From NCBI GenBank assembly GCA_026991575.1, contig JALXBF010000105.1:123233-143232 (forward strand): a stretch of 20,000 nt of DNA. Direction: 5' to 3'. The translations under genes were made by a program, and so were the position numbers. The notes beneath the pieces are model-generated. The model ran no database searches. It had not been told where the DNA came from and saw only the letters and a program-made list of their open reading frames with translations. Below are positions 9,114 through 18,381 of the stretch, one piece after another (position 1 is the stretch's first letter; every line of letters starts with the position of its first letter). Source of the stretch: Planctomycetota bacterium. Its GTDB lineage: Bacteria; Planctomycetota; Planctomycetia; JALXBF01.

Positions 9114-9842
9114 ATGCGTACGTGGTTCCTGGCGGTCGCTGCCGTCTGCCTTGCGGCCTTCTGCGGCGTGACCTCGTCGCAGACAACGAGACCGCCGCAC
9201 GTCGTGGTCACGATCTGCGAGGATGAATATCGTGCCAAGGAAACCTTACCTCCGCTGATGCGCACGCTTGCCGACCGGCTCGGTGCCCAGTGCACCGTCC
9301 TCATCGGCAACGACGCGAAAACGGACATCCCGGGACTCGACGCTCTGGAAACAGCGGACGTGCTGGTGATGTTCCTGCGTCGCACCACCCTGCCCGCAGA
9401 GCAGCTCGACAAGTTCAAGGCCTACTTCCAACGCGGCGGGCATGTGCTTGCACTGCGTACCAGCAGTCATGCGTTCCAGAACTGGCTTGAATTCGACCAA
9501 CTCGTGCTCGGCGGAAACTATCACGGCCACTACGGCCGAGATGCCCTGCCCACTACGGTGACGGTTGCAGCGGGAGCAGCCGATCACCCGATCATTCGTG
9601 GGGTCCCGGGCCGATTCCTGTCCCGTGGTACGTTGTACAAGGCCGGCCCGCTGGCCAGCGATTGCCGCGTGCTTCTGGAAGGGCGTGCCCGTGACTACCC
9701 CGCAGAGCCCGTCGCATGGCTGCGGCGCCACAATGGGGGACTGGTCTTTTACACGTCGCTCGGTCATCCGGACGACTTCCGCTCCCCGGCCTTTCGTCGC
9801 CTGATCGCCAATGCGCTCTCCTACCTGATTGCCCGGCGCTAG
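9114..9842 (+). CDS. Exported ThuA-like (class I glutamine amidotransferase-like fold) protein
   Basis: ATG 9114 follows GGAG. Signal-like MRTWFLAVAAVCLAAFCG, then EDEY, ALRTSSHAF, LGGNYHGH, HPII, EPVAW and VFYTSLGHPDDF, typical of ThuA-like domains. Confidence 0.82.
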   Translation: MRTWFLAVAAVCLAAFCGVTSSQTTRPPHVVVTICEDEYRAKETLPPLMRTLADRLGAQCTVLIGNDAKTDIPGLDALETADVLVMFLRRTTLPAEQLDKFKAYFQRGGHVLALRTSSHAFQNWLEFDQLVLGGNYHGHYGRDALPTTVTVAAGAADHPIIRGVPGRFLSRGTLYKAGPLASDCRVLLEGRARDYPAEPVAWLRRHNGGLVFYTSLGHPDDFRSPAFRRLIANALSYLIARR

Positions 9843-10037
9843 CGCCGCTCAGCGGGTGGCCTGAGCCCGCATGCAGGGAAGTGCTGCAACACAAATGACT
9901 CCTTCTCGAGTGACCCTGCCTGCGCTCGGCCTTCTGGCCCGCTGCCGGCCCTGTGTCGCGGCCGGTGCCGAGCACAACGGGCCGCTGTGAGCTGGCTTCG
10001 TCGCTCGGTGCCGCCAGGGCGAAGTGGGGGGTGAGCA

Positions 10038-10067
10038 TCGCATAGGTGGCTGGCAGAAGCGTATAAT
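10038..10067 (+). promoter_or_regulatory. Probable sigma-70 promoter of the hydrogenase operon
   Basis: Perfect TATAAT at 10062-10067 in GC-rich DNA, with TCGCAT 18 nt upstream, about 50 nt before the ATG at 10118. Confidence 0.5.
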
Positions 10068-10117
10068 GCGCCGCTGCAGCCGTGCCAGTGGGACCACCCA
10101 TGGGAAAGGAGGCTCCG

Positions 10118-11245
10118 ATGGCGGGCACCGTGTACGTGCTCCCCAAGGAGCGGTTCCAGGAGCTGCTCGATCGGCTGAAAGCCGACGGCTATCAGGTCGT
10201 TGGCCCGGTGCTCCGCGACGGGGCGATCGTTTACGACGACCTGCACTCGGTCGACCAGATCCCGCGCGGCTGGGTTGATCAGCAGGAGCCCGGTCGCTAT
10301 CAGCTCGTACACGACCGCAGCCAACGCTGGTTCACGTTCACTCCGGGACCGCTCAGTCTGAAGCGGTTCCTGTTCCCCCCCTCCCTGTCGTTGTTTCGCG
10401 TGCGGCGTAATGGCGACGGCGTTCAGCTTCAAGTGACGATGCCCGAACCACCTCGGTACGCGTTCGTCGGCGTGCGCGCCTGTGACCTGGCTGCGGTTGC
10501 GGTGCAGGATCGCGTCTACATCGACCGGCAGGGGCTGTTCTCCGACGGCTACTACGCGGCGGCTCGGCGCAAGGCGTTGTTCATTGCCGTTGAGTGCCAG
10601 AGCTATGCGGCGACCTGCTTTTGCAGCTCGATGGGCACCGGACCGGAAGTGAACCACACGGCCGATGTCGTGTTGCTGGAGCTGGAGGACCGCTTCGTCG
10701 CTCAGCCGCGCAGCGAGCGGGGAGCGGCAGTGCTGACGCCGTTGGCGCTGGAGCAGGCCACGGACGAGGAACTGCAGCGGGCCAAGCACTACGTCCGCCA
10801 GGCAGCTGCCGACATGGAACGGCAGGTCGATCTGACCGACATTCGCGACCTGCTGCTGCGCAATCTGGAGAACCCGCGTTGGGATCAGGTCGCCACCCGG
10901 TGCATCGCCTGCGCCAACTGCACGATGGTCTGTCCGACCTGTTTCTGCTTCAGCTTCCAGGAAGTAACCGATCTGACTGGTAACGAGGCCGAACGCCGCC
11001 GCGTGGTGGATAGTTGTTTCAACCCTGAGTTCTCGTACGCCTTCGGGGTTGAGGTGCGTCAGAGCGTAGCAAGTCGTTATCGGCAGTGGCTGACGCACAA
11101 GTTTGCCACGTGGTACGACCAGTTTGGCGTCTCCGGCTGCGTCGGCTGCGGCCGGTGCATCACCTGGTGTCCAGCGGGCATCGACGTGACTGAAGAGTTG
11201 TCGGCGATTCGGGCCAGTGATGGCAGTAGGAAGGAGCAGTTATGA
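10118..11245 (+). CDS. hydB: Group 3b [NiFe]-hydrogenase / sulfhydrogenase beta subunit (AsrA-like 4Fe-4S protein)
   Basis: AAGGAGG RBS 5 nt before ATG 10118. Motifs [47 protein letters not shown] and [17 protein letters not shown]. Confidence 0.92.
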   Translation: MAGTVYVLPKERFQELLDRLKADGYQVVGPVLRDGAIVYDDLHSVDQIPRGWVDQQEPGRYQLVHDRSQRWFTFTPGPLSLKRFLFPPSLSLFRVRRNGDGVQLQVTMPEPPRYAFVGVRACDLAAVAVQDRVYIDRQGLFSDGYYAAARRKALFIAVECQSYAATCFCSSMGTGPEVNHTADVVLLELEDRFVAQPRSERGAAVLTPLALEQATDEELQRAKHYVRQAAADMERQVDLTDIRDLLLRNLENPRWDQVATRCIACANCTMVCPTCFCFSFQEVTDLTGNEAERRRVVDSCFNPEFSYAFGVEVRQSVASRYRQWLTHKFATWYDQFGVSGCVGCGRCITWCPAGIDVTEELSAIRASDGSRKEQL

Positions 11246-11700
11246 CGCCACCGGAAACCATCCAGGACGTCCGCTCGCACCCGTTCTTCAAGGACCTGCC
11301 CGAGCAGGTCGTAGAAGCGGTCCTGTCCCTGGCCAAAGAACGTGATTACGCCGAGGGGGCGTGGCTGTGCCGGGAGGGCGATCCGGCCGACCGGTTCTTC
11401 CTGATCCTCTCGGGCACGGTCGCCGTCGAATTGCACGCACCGCACACAGGTAAGCGACGCATCCAGACGCTGGGCGCCGGCGACGCAGTCGGCTGGTCAT
11501 GGCTGATCCCGCCGCACCGCTGGCAGTTTGACGTGTTCACGGTCCGGCCCACACGTGTTGCGGAGTTCGATGCGCAAGAGCTCCGCAAGCTCTGCGAGTC
11601 CGACCACACGGTCGGCTACTACGTGACGAAGCGGCTGCTGGAGGTGGTCAGCCGGCGGTTGGCCGCCGCCCGCATCCAGCTGATGGACATGTACGCCTGA
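11242..11700 (+). CDS. Stand-alone cyclic-nucleotide-binding-fold (Crp-like, no HTH) protein
   Basis: [26 protein letters not shown] and [17 protein letters not shown] and ATGA overlap with the hydB stop. 152 aa, ending after the C-helix. Confidence 0.9.
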   Translation: MTPPETIQDVRSHPFFKDLPEQVVEAVLSLAKERDYAEGAWLCREGDPADRFFLILSGTVAVELHAPHTGKRRIQTLGAGDAVGWSWLIPPHRWQFDVFTVRPTRVAEFDAQELRKLCESDHTVGYYVTKRLLEVVSRRLAAARIQLMDMYA

Positions 11701-11724
11701 GTGCTGCAGCAGAGGGAAAGCGAA

Positions 11725-12603
11725 ATGGGGGAGCCCACGGCCCAAGAGGCAGCGGATCTGCCGGCGGCGATCATGCCGGCTGTCGCGCCCGTGTTGCCCA
11801 GCTTCGTCCGGGTGCTCCGAGTGCGCAAGGACACGCACGACACGTGGACCATCTGGCTGGAACGTCCGGATGGTTACCCAGATCATCGCGCCGGTCAGTT
11901 CAACATGCTGTACGCTCCGGGAGTGGGCGAGGTGCCGATTTCGATCGCTTCTTCGGCGCGCGAATCCCGCACGCGCATCGCCCACACCATCCGCCGGGTC
12001 GGGGCGGTCACGCGCCGCCTGACGTCACTGCGGCGTGGCGAGACGATCGGGCTGCGCGGCCCGTACGGCTCGGCATGGCCGGTGGCGGAAAGTCAAGGTG
12101 CGGACGTCGTTGTGGTCGCCGGCGGCCTTGGTCTTGCCCCCTTGCGGCCGGCCATCGTTGAACTGCTCGCGCGGCGGAAGCGGTACGGCGCGCTGGCGCT
12201 GCTCTACGGGGCCCGCACCCCAGCGGATCTGCTGTACACCGCGGAACTGGGCAAGTGGCGCAGCGTGCTCGACTTCCAGCTCCTGGTCACCGTCGATCGG
12301 GCCGACCGCAGCTGGCATGGCCATATCGGGGTCGTCACAACGCTCATTCCCGCCGTCACCTTCGACCCGCAGAACACGGTCGCCCTGGTCTGCGGGCCGG
12401 AGATCATGATGCGTTTCGCCGTCCGCGATCTACTGGATCGCGGCGTGCCGGCCAGGCGGATCTATGTCTCGCTGGAACGCAACCTCCAGTGTGCTGTCGG
12501 CTTCTGCGGCCACTGCCAACTCGGGCCCAAGTTCATCTGCGCCGACGGTCCGGTCTTTGCCTTCGATGAGATCGCGCCCTACTTCAGCGTCCGGGAACTA
12601 TAA
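11725..12603 (+). CDS. hydG: Group 3b hydrogenase gamma subunit (FAD/NAD(P)-binding, 2Fe-2S)
   Basis: GQFNMLY, GEVPISI, RGPYG, VAGGLGLAPLRP, CGPEIMM and ERNLQCAVGFCGHCQLGPKFICADGPVF. Start is uncertain (GTG 11701 or ATG 11725). Confidence 0.92.
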   Translation: MGEPTAQEAADLPAAIMPAVAPVLPSFVRVLRVRKDTHDTWTIWLERPDGYPDHRAGQFNMLYAPGVGEVPISIASSARESRTRIAHTIRRVGAVTRRLTSLRRGETIGLRGPYGSAWPVAESQGADVVVVAGGLGLAPLRPAIVELLARRKRYGALALLYGARTPADLLYTAELGKWRSVLDFQLLVTVDRADRSWHGHIGVVTTLIPAVTFDPQNTVALVCGPEIMMRFAVRDLLDRGVPARRIYVSLERNLQCAVGFCGHCQLGPKFICADGPVFAFDEIAPYFSVREL

Positions 12604-12647
12604 GCCGCCACGCTGCCAGGCGGCCGAAAAGCGAAGGGCACCAGACG

Positions 12648-13469
12648 ATGGCCACGAAAAAGCCAAGAATCGGCGTTTTCAAGTTCGCCTCCTGTGATGG
12701 CTGCCAACTGTCGCTGCTGGACTGTGAAGACGAACTGCTGGCAATCGCCGATGCCGTGGAGATCGGCTACTTTCTGGAAGCGACACGCAAGCCGCTGACG
12801 GGCGAGTTTGACATCGCGCTCGTGGAAGGCTCGATCAGCACGCCCGAGCAGATCGAGCAGATCCACGACATTCGTAACCGGTCACGCATGCTGGTGACCA
12901 TCGGGGCGTGCGCGACGGCCGGCGGGATCCAGGCGCTGCGTAATTTTGCCGACGTGCGCGAGTTCCTCTCCGCCGTCTACGCCAGCCCCGAGTACATCGA
13001 CACGCTAAAAACCTCCACCCCCATCGCCGACCACGTTCGCGTCGACTTCGAGTTGCGCGGCTGTCCGGTAAGCAAGCACCATCTCGTTGAACTGATCTCC
13101 GCAACGCTGGCCGGTCGCCGCCCGAACATCCCCAGACACTCCGTCTGCATCGACTGCAAGCGCCTCGGCCTAACGTGCCTGCCCGTCGCCTACGGCATCC
13201 CCTGCCTCGGTCCGATAACCCAGTCCGGTTGCGGAGTGATCTGCCCGAGCTACCACCGCGGCTGCTACGGCTGCTTCGGACCGGCACACCGCACGAACGT
13301 TCAGGGGCTAGTGCGGGCGTACCAGTCCGCAGGCGTGCCTGAGGAAACACTGGACCTGCTGTTGCATACGTTCAATGCCTGGGCGCCAGGGTTCCGCGAA
13401 TCCACTCGATCGGTTCCCGAGGAGCTGCTGTCCCGTTCGACGGGTCCAGGCGGCAGCGGTGAGCGATAA
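12648..13469 (+). CDS. hydD: Group 3b hydrogenase small (delta) subunit
   Basis: KFASCDGCQ, VEGS, IGACATAGG, RGCP, VCIDC and CLGPITQSGCGVICPSYHRGCYGCFGP. No Tat signal, so cytoplasmic. Confidence 0.93.
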   Translation: MATKKPRIGVFKFASCDGCQLSLLDCEDELLAIADAVEIGYFLEATRKPLTGEFDIALVEGSISTPEQIEQIHDIRNRSRMLVTIGACATAGGIQALRNFADVREFLSAVYASPEYIDTLKTSTPIADHVRVDFELRGCPVSKHHLVELISATLAGRRPNIPRHSVCIDCKRLGLTCLPVAYGIPCLGPITQSGCGVICPSYHRGCYGCFGPAHRTNVQGLVRAYQSAGVPEETLDLLLHTFNAWAPGFRESTRSVPEELLSRSTGPGGSGER

Positions 13470-13490
13470 CCCGCACAGTTCCGATGAGCC

Positions 13491-14852
13491 ATGGCAAAGA
13501 GAAAGTCCGGTAAAGCGAAGACGATTCAAGTGCGTGCTCTGGCACGCGTGGAAGGCGAAGGAGCATTCACGATCGTGCTCCAGGACGACCGGGTTGCGGA
13601 CGTGAAGCTGGAGATCTACGAGCCGCCCCGGTTCTATGAGGCGTTCATGCGGGGCCGCCAGGCGACCGAAGCACCCGACATCACCGCACGCATCTGCGGC
13701 ATCTGCCCGGTGGCCTATCAGATGTCGGCCGTGCGTGCGATCGAGAAGGCCTACGGGATCCAGGTGCCTGAACCGATCCGATCGCTGCGCCGGCTGCTGT
13801 ACTGCGGCGAGTGGATTGAGAGCCACGTGCTGCACATGTACCTGCTGCACGCGCCCGATTTCTTCGGCTACGAGAGCGCCATTGCGATGGCTCAGGCATC
13901 GGCCGAGCTGAAGGCCCACGTAGAGCGTGGGCTGCGTATGAAGAAGATCGGTAACGCGATCGTCGAAGTGGTCGGTGGCCGGGCCGTCCATCCGATCAAC
14001 GTCCGCGTGGGGGGATTCTACCGGGCGCCGACGAAGGACGAACTGCAGGCCCTGGTGGATGATCTCCGCTGGGGTCGCGATGCGGCGATCGAGACGGCTC
14101 GCTGGGTCGCTTCGCTCGATTTCCCCGACTTCACCGACGACTACGAGTTTGCTTGTATCCGAAGCGACCATCACTACGCGATTCTTGAGGGCGACGTGGT
14201 CACGAATCGGGGCCTGCGGATCAGCGAAGACGAGTTCCTGCAGTATTTCCGTGAAGAACAAGTGCCCTACTCCCACGCGCTGCACAGCCGCCGGGTGCTG
14301 CCCGAAAGCCCAGGCGCTGACGATCGGTTTGCGGGCTGCTACCAGGTCGGTCCGCTGGCGCGATGGAACTTGAACCGAGACGTCGCTCCGGACCTGGTAC
14401 GGCAGGTCGAACAGGATCTGCCGGTCTCATTCCCCACGACCAATCCGTTTCACAGCATTGTCGCTCGCGCTCTGGAAGTGCTTCTTGCCTATCATGAGGC
14501 GATTCGGATCATCGAAGATTACGAGCAGCCCGATCCGAGCTGGGTTCCGTTCGAACCACGCGCCGGACACGGATGCGCCATCACCGAGGCCCCCCGCGGC
14601 ATGCTCTACCACGAGTACCACACGGACGACGCCGGTTACCTGACCAAGGTGACCATCATCCCGCCCACGTCCCAGAACCAATTGCGCATCGAGAAGGACC
14701 TCTACATGATCGCCCCCCGCCTAATCGATTTGCCCCAGGATCAAGCGTGCTGGCAGGCGGAATTTGCCATCCGCAACTACGATCCGTGCATAAGCTGTGC
14801 CACCCACTTTCTGAAGCTGAAGATCGAACGGCTACCGACCTCAGCGCACTGA
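13491..14852 (+). CDS. hydA: Group 3b [NiFe]-hydrogenase large (alpha) subunit
   Basis: ARVEGEG, L1 motif RICGICPVAY, EAPRG, PPTSQN and L2 motif RNYDPCISCATH, followed by a cleavable C-terminal extension FLKLKIERLPTSAH. Confidence 0.96.
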   Translation: MAKRKSGKAKTIQVRALARVEGEGAFTIVLQDDRVADVKLEIYEPPRFYEAFMRGRQATEAPDITARICGICPVAYQMSAVRAIEKAYGIQVPEPIRSLRRLLYCGEWIESHVLHMYLLHAPDFFGYESAIAMAQASAELKAHVERGLRMKKIGNAIVEVVGGRAVHPINVRVGGFYRAPTKDELQALVDDLRWGRDAAIETARWVASLDFPDFTDDYEFACIRSDHHYAILEGDVVTNRGLRISEDEFLQYFREEQVPYSHALHSRRVLPESPGADDRFAGCYQVGPLARWNLNRDVAPDLVRQVEQDLPVSFPTTNPFHSIVARALEVLLAYHEAIRIIEDYEQPDPSWVPFEPRAGHGCAITEAPRGMLYHEYHTDDAGYLTKVTIIPPTSQNQLRIEKDLYMIAPRLIDLPQDQACWQAEFAIRNYDPCISCATHFLKLKIERLPTSAH

Positions 14853-14860
14853 TCGCCCCC

Positions 14861-15376
14861 ATGACCACCGAACGCACCGTTCGCGTCGTTGGGCTGGGCA
14901 GCCCGCACGGTGAGGACGACGCTGGCTGGCAAGTCGTGCGGGCCATTGCGGCGTTCGCACCGCAGGAATGGACGACCGAGCTTCTGCGCACCCCTATCGA
15001 CCTCGTGGCCACGCTATCGGCCGACCGCCCCCTGGTGCTGGTAGACGCAGCGGCTGAGCCTCTGCCGGACAGCCCTCTGTGGCGGTTCCGTTGGCCCGAG
15101 CTTCCCACGGACGCGTTCGACATCGTTTCCACCCACGCTTTCGACCTGCGCTACGCCCTTGAGCTGGCCGGATCGCTTCAGCTTCTGCCAGAGCTGGTAC
15201 TCGTGTACGCGGTCCACGTGGGTGGCACTCCGGCAGCGACCGCTGAAACGAGTTATGATAGAACTCCAAGCGACATTGTTCAGACCATCGCGCGGTGCCT
15301 CGTTCGCGACCTGCGACGCTGCCTGGCCGAGCCGGCATCGACTCGCTCAGGCCCCGTGCCGGTTGCCGGCCAATGA
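14861..15376 (+). CDS. Hydrogenase maturation endopeptidase (HycI/HybD family)
   Basis: ATG 14861, 8 nt after the hydA stop. VVGLGSPHGEDDAG, VLVDA and STH supply the D/D/H metal ligands. The upstream part of the tracked ORF overlaps hydA and is spurious. Confidence 0.88.
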   Translation: MTTERTVRVVGLGSPHGEDDAGWQVVRAIAAFAPQEWTTELLRTPIDLVATLSADRPLVLVDAAAEPLPDSPLWRFRWPELPTDAFDIVSTHAFDLRYALELAGSLQLLPELVLVYAVHVGGTPAATAETSYDRTPSDIVQTIARCLVRDLRRCLAEPASTRSGPVPVAGQ

Positions 15377-15428
15377 GGAACCGCAGCGGACCACCTGGTG
15401 TGGCAATGGAACGCTGAGAGGGTCAGCC

Positions 15429-15701
15429 ATGCACGAATCGAACCTGGTCAAAGGGATCATCCGGCACGTCCTGGAACTGGCCGATGAAAACAACGCCAAC
15501 ACGGTGCTTGCCGTGCACATTCGCGTTGGGGCTCTAGCCCAGGTGGATCCGGATCATCTGCGCGAGCATATGCAGCAGGCAGCCCGGGGAACGCTCGCGG
15601 AAGCGGCCGAGTTTGTCATCGAGCAGACCGACGATCTTCAGGGCGTGACGCTCGAAACGGTGGAGCTCTGCACGGACGAATCCGCCTGTCATGACGACTG
15701 A
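15429..15701 (+). CDS. hypA: Short HypA nickel chaperone lacking the zinc-finger domain
   Basis: GAGAGG RBS. MHESNLVKGII...VLAVHIRVGALAQVDPDHL...ARGTLAEAAEFVIE...GVTLETVEL, 90 aa, with no CxxC. Confidence 0.88.
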   Translation: MHESNLVKGIIRHVLELADENNANTVLAVHIRVGALAQVDPDHLREHMQQAARGTLAEAAEFVIEQTDDLQGVTLETVELCTDESACHDD

Positions 15702-18045
15702 GCGCCAGCGCGGCGACACGACGACTGCTTGCAGAGTCGTCGTCAAGGGCTTCGTACAAGGAGTGGGCTTCCGGCCCTACTGCATCAGGCTTGCCCGCAG
15801 GCTGCGGCTGTGTGGCCGAGTGTACAACAGCCCCGAAGGCGTCGTGGTGCTGCTGGAGGGTAGTGAAGCGGCCATCGAGCGGTTTACCTCCGAGCTGGCT
15901 GCTCGGCCGCCGGCCATGGCACGCATCGAAGAGCTCGTTGTGGCACCGGCCACCCTGGAAGGTTACCGCGACTTTCGATCCCTGGGCAGCCACGGCAGCG
16001 ACCCGCCGCTGGTCCGAGCCCCGCGGGATCTGCCCACCTGCCCCGCCTGCACCGCCGAACTTTTCGACCGCAGCAACCGACGCTACCGCTACCCGTTCAT
16101 CACGTGCACGGACTGCGGTCCACGGTACACGATTCTTGAAGCACTGCCGTACGACCGGGCAGCTACCGCGATGCGTCATTTTCCCCCTTGCGAGCACTGT
16201 GCGCACGAGTACGCCGACCCGGACGACCGCCGCTACCACAGCGAAACCAATAGCTGCGCCGTTTGTGGTCCACACGTCTACCTGCTGGGCGGGCCCGGCC
16301 TGAGTCGCCGGCTGGCCGCCGGGGATCTGGCCGTGCGGCGGGCCGTTGAGCTGATCGCAGCCGGGGCAATCGTTGCCCTGAAGGGTCTTGGAGGCTATCA
16401 GCTGCTCTGCCTGGCCGATGACCCGCGGCCCGTCCGCACACTGCGTCAGCGGAAGAACCGGCCGATGAAGCCGTTTGCCGTGATGGTCCCGTCACCGCAA
16501 TGGTTGGCCGAACGACAATTGCTGTCCTCGACAGCGATCGCCTCGCTGCTGACCGACCCCCGAAACGCCATCGTCCTGCTGCCGGCCGACGATCGCTGGC
16601 GGAACCGCACGGGCATCGTCCCGGACGTCGCGCCGGCGTCCGCGTATCTGGGCTTGTTCCTGCCTACGACCCCCCTGCATCACCTGCTGCTGGCGGAACT
16701 CCGCCGGCCGCTGGTTGCCACCAGCGGCAATGTCACTGAGGAACCAATCGTGCGCGACGAAGATGAGCTGGACCGTCTGGTCGGCATCGCCGACGCCGCA
16801 CTCAGCCACGATCGCCCGGTCGTGCACCGAGCCGACGACAGCGTGCTGCTGGCACGTGACCCGGCACCGGTTACGATCCGGGTGGGCCGAGGCATTGGGC
16901 CATTGCCGCTGCCAACGGTCGAGCGTTGGCTGAGCCGCTCCGGTCGATGCCCACCTGGCCTGGCGGTGGGCGGACACCAGAAAGTGGCCCTGGCCCTGTG
17001 GACTGGGCAACAGGCTGTGCTTGGGCTGCACATCGGTGACATGGACACGGCCGCGGCCCGCGGCGCGTTCGAGCAGGCGGTCCATCGCCTGACCGAGCTC
17101 TATGCCTGCTCGCCCCAGTGGCTGGCGGCAGACCTGCATCCGGACTACTTCACCACTCGATGGGCGCAAGCACGGCAACTACCCGTCACGCTGGTCCAGC
17201 ATCACTACGCGCATGCGCTGGCAGCCATGGCCGACCACGATCGCCTCGAGACGCTCTGCCTGGTCGCGACCTGGGACGGTACCGGCTATGGCGCAGATGG
17301 TACGGTCTGGGGGGGAGAAGTCCTGCTGGCCGACGTGTCAGGCTTTGAGCGTGTGGCGAGCCTGTGGCCGTTCCGGCTGCCCGGTGCCGACGCTGCCGTG
17401 AAGGAGCCGTGGCGTGTCGCCGTCGCCCTTCTGTGCGCGGCGCATCCTGACGCACCGCCGACGCTGCTGGCCGGCGACGCTGCCCGCGTCACGGCCCAGC
17501 CCGTGGCACGCTGTCGGCAGCTGATCGAAGTGACGCGGCGTGCCATCAACTCGCCGTTGACCACCAGCATGGGACGGCTGTTTGACGCGGTCGCCTGCGT
17601 GCTGCTCGGCGTGGATACGGTCAGTTACGAGGGCGAAGCCGCCGGCGCGCTTGAGGCCGCGGCACGGCGTGCTGGCGGTAGCACCGTCAAGCTCAGCCTG
17701 CCGCTGACAGGCCACCGCCCGATACGTCTGGACTGGCGCCCGCTGTGGCGTCAGCTGATGAAAGCAGTCGGGGCCGGTACGGACCGCACCCAGCTGGCCT
17801 TCGCGTTCCACGCCGCCGTGGCCGATGCCCTGGGATGCTGCGCGGTGGAGATCGGTCGGGAGGAGCTGTTGCTGTCCGGTGGCTGCTTCCAGAACGGCCT
17901 GCTGATCGAGCTGGTCGAAGAAGCGTGCCGGTCGCGGGGCATTGACGTGCTTGCCCCGGGTCAGATCCCGCCGAACGACGGTGGTCTGGCCGTCGGTCAG
18001 CTCGTGCATGCGGCCGGACGTCAGAACGGCCGGCAGCGGAGGTAG
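15691..18045 (+). CDS. hypF: Carbamoyltransferase HypF
   Basis: Acylphosphatase motif VQGVGFRP, zinc fingers CPAC/CTDCGPR and CEHC/CAVCGP, KGLGGY, TSGN, DLHPDY, QHHYAH, DGTGYG, SMGRLFD, SGGCFQN and NDGGLAVGQ. Confidence 0.96.
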   Translation: MTTERQRGDTTTACRVVVKGFVQGVGFRPYCIRLARRLRLCGRVYNSPEGVVVLLEGSEAAIERFTSELAARPPAMARIEELVVAPATLEGYRDFRSLGSHGSDPPLVRAPRDLPTCPACTAELFDRSNRRYRYPFITCTDCGPRYTILEALPYDRAATAMRHFPPCEHCAHEYADPDDRRYHSETNSCAVCGPHVYLLGGPGLSRRLAAGDLAVRRAVELIAAGAIVALKGLGGYQLLCLADDPRPVRTLRQRKNRPMKPFAVMVPSPQWLAERQLLSSTAIASLLTDPRNAIVLLPADDRWRNRTGIVPDVAPASAYLGLFLPTTPLHHLLLAELRRPLVATSGNVTEEPIVRDEDELDRLVGIADAALSHDRPVVHRADDSVLLARDPAPVTIRVGRGIGPLPLPTVERWLSRSGRCPPGLAVGGHQKVALALWTGQQAVLGLHIGDMDTAAARGAFEQAVHRLTELYACSPQWLAADLHPDYFTTRWAQARQLPVTLVQHHYAHALAAMADHDRLETLCLVATWDGTGYGADGTVWGGEVLLADVSGFERVASLWPFRLPGADAAVKEPWRVAVALLCAAHPDAPPTLLAGDAARVTAQPVARCRQLIEVTRRAINSPLTTSMGRLFDAVACVLLGVDTVSYEGEAAGALEAAARRAGGSTVKLSLPLTGHRPIRLDWRPLWRQLMKAVGAGTDRTQLAFAFHAAVADALGCCAVEIGREELLLSGGCFQNGLLIELVEEACRSRGIDVLAPGQIPPNDGGLAVGQLVHAAGRQNGRQRR

Positions 18046-18088
18046 ACCATACGATAGCTGAGGGGGCGGTCTCCTCTGGAGTCGTGTC

Positions 18089-18379
18089 ATGTGCTTGGGC
18101 GTTCCAGGTGAGGTCGTGCGGCTCTACGAGCCGGATCCGCGCGACGGTCTCTTGGAAGGAGAGGTCGATTTCGGCGGCGTCCGCCGCAGGGTGTGTCTGG
18201 CCTGCGTCCCGGACGTGCGCGTGGGCGAGTACGTGATCGTGCACGCTGGAGTGGCAATCACCCGGATCGATGAGCAGGCTGCGCAGGAGATGCTTGCGGA
18301 GCTGGCCCGGATCGGCGAGATCGAGCATGAGCTTGGTCCGGAAGGCGACGTGCTAGAGAGCAGCGGTGAGGGCCAATAG
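18089..18379 (+). CDS. hypC: Hydrogenase maturation chaperone HypC
   Basis: MCLGVPG N-terminus (Cys2), VDFGGVRRRV and VGEYVIVHAGVAI. GGAG RBS. Confidence 0.95.
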   Translation: MCLGVPGEVVRLYEPDPRDGLLEGEVDFGGVRRRVCLACVPDVRVGEYVIVHAGVAITRIDEQAAQEMLAELARIGEIEHELGPEGDVLESSGEGQ

Positions 18380-18381
18380 CC

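Noticed and set aside
9834..9855. Palindrome CGGCGCTAGCGCCG over the ThuA-like stop codon, considered as a terminator
   Set aside because: It has no loop and no U-tract, and such palindromes occur easily by chance in GC-rich DNA.
9839..11098. 419-aa minus-strand ORF, and other long antisense or alternate-frame ORFs (1569-2516, 5090-5848, 6098-7279, 13308-14285, 18258-19319)
   Set aside because: They shadow well-supported genes and have no recognisable motifs. Long stop-free antisense frames are expected at this GC content.
14770..14812. Possible selenocysteine ([NiFeSe]) hydrogenase
   Set aside because: The L2 motif is DPCISC with TGC/TGT codons, and there is no in-frame TGA in hydA.
14573..15428. 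N-terminal extensions of the protease and HypA ORFs given in the track
   Set aside because: They overlap upstream genes in other frames. Family homology begins at ATG 14861 and ATG 15429.
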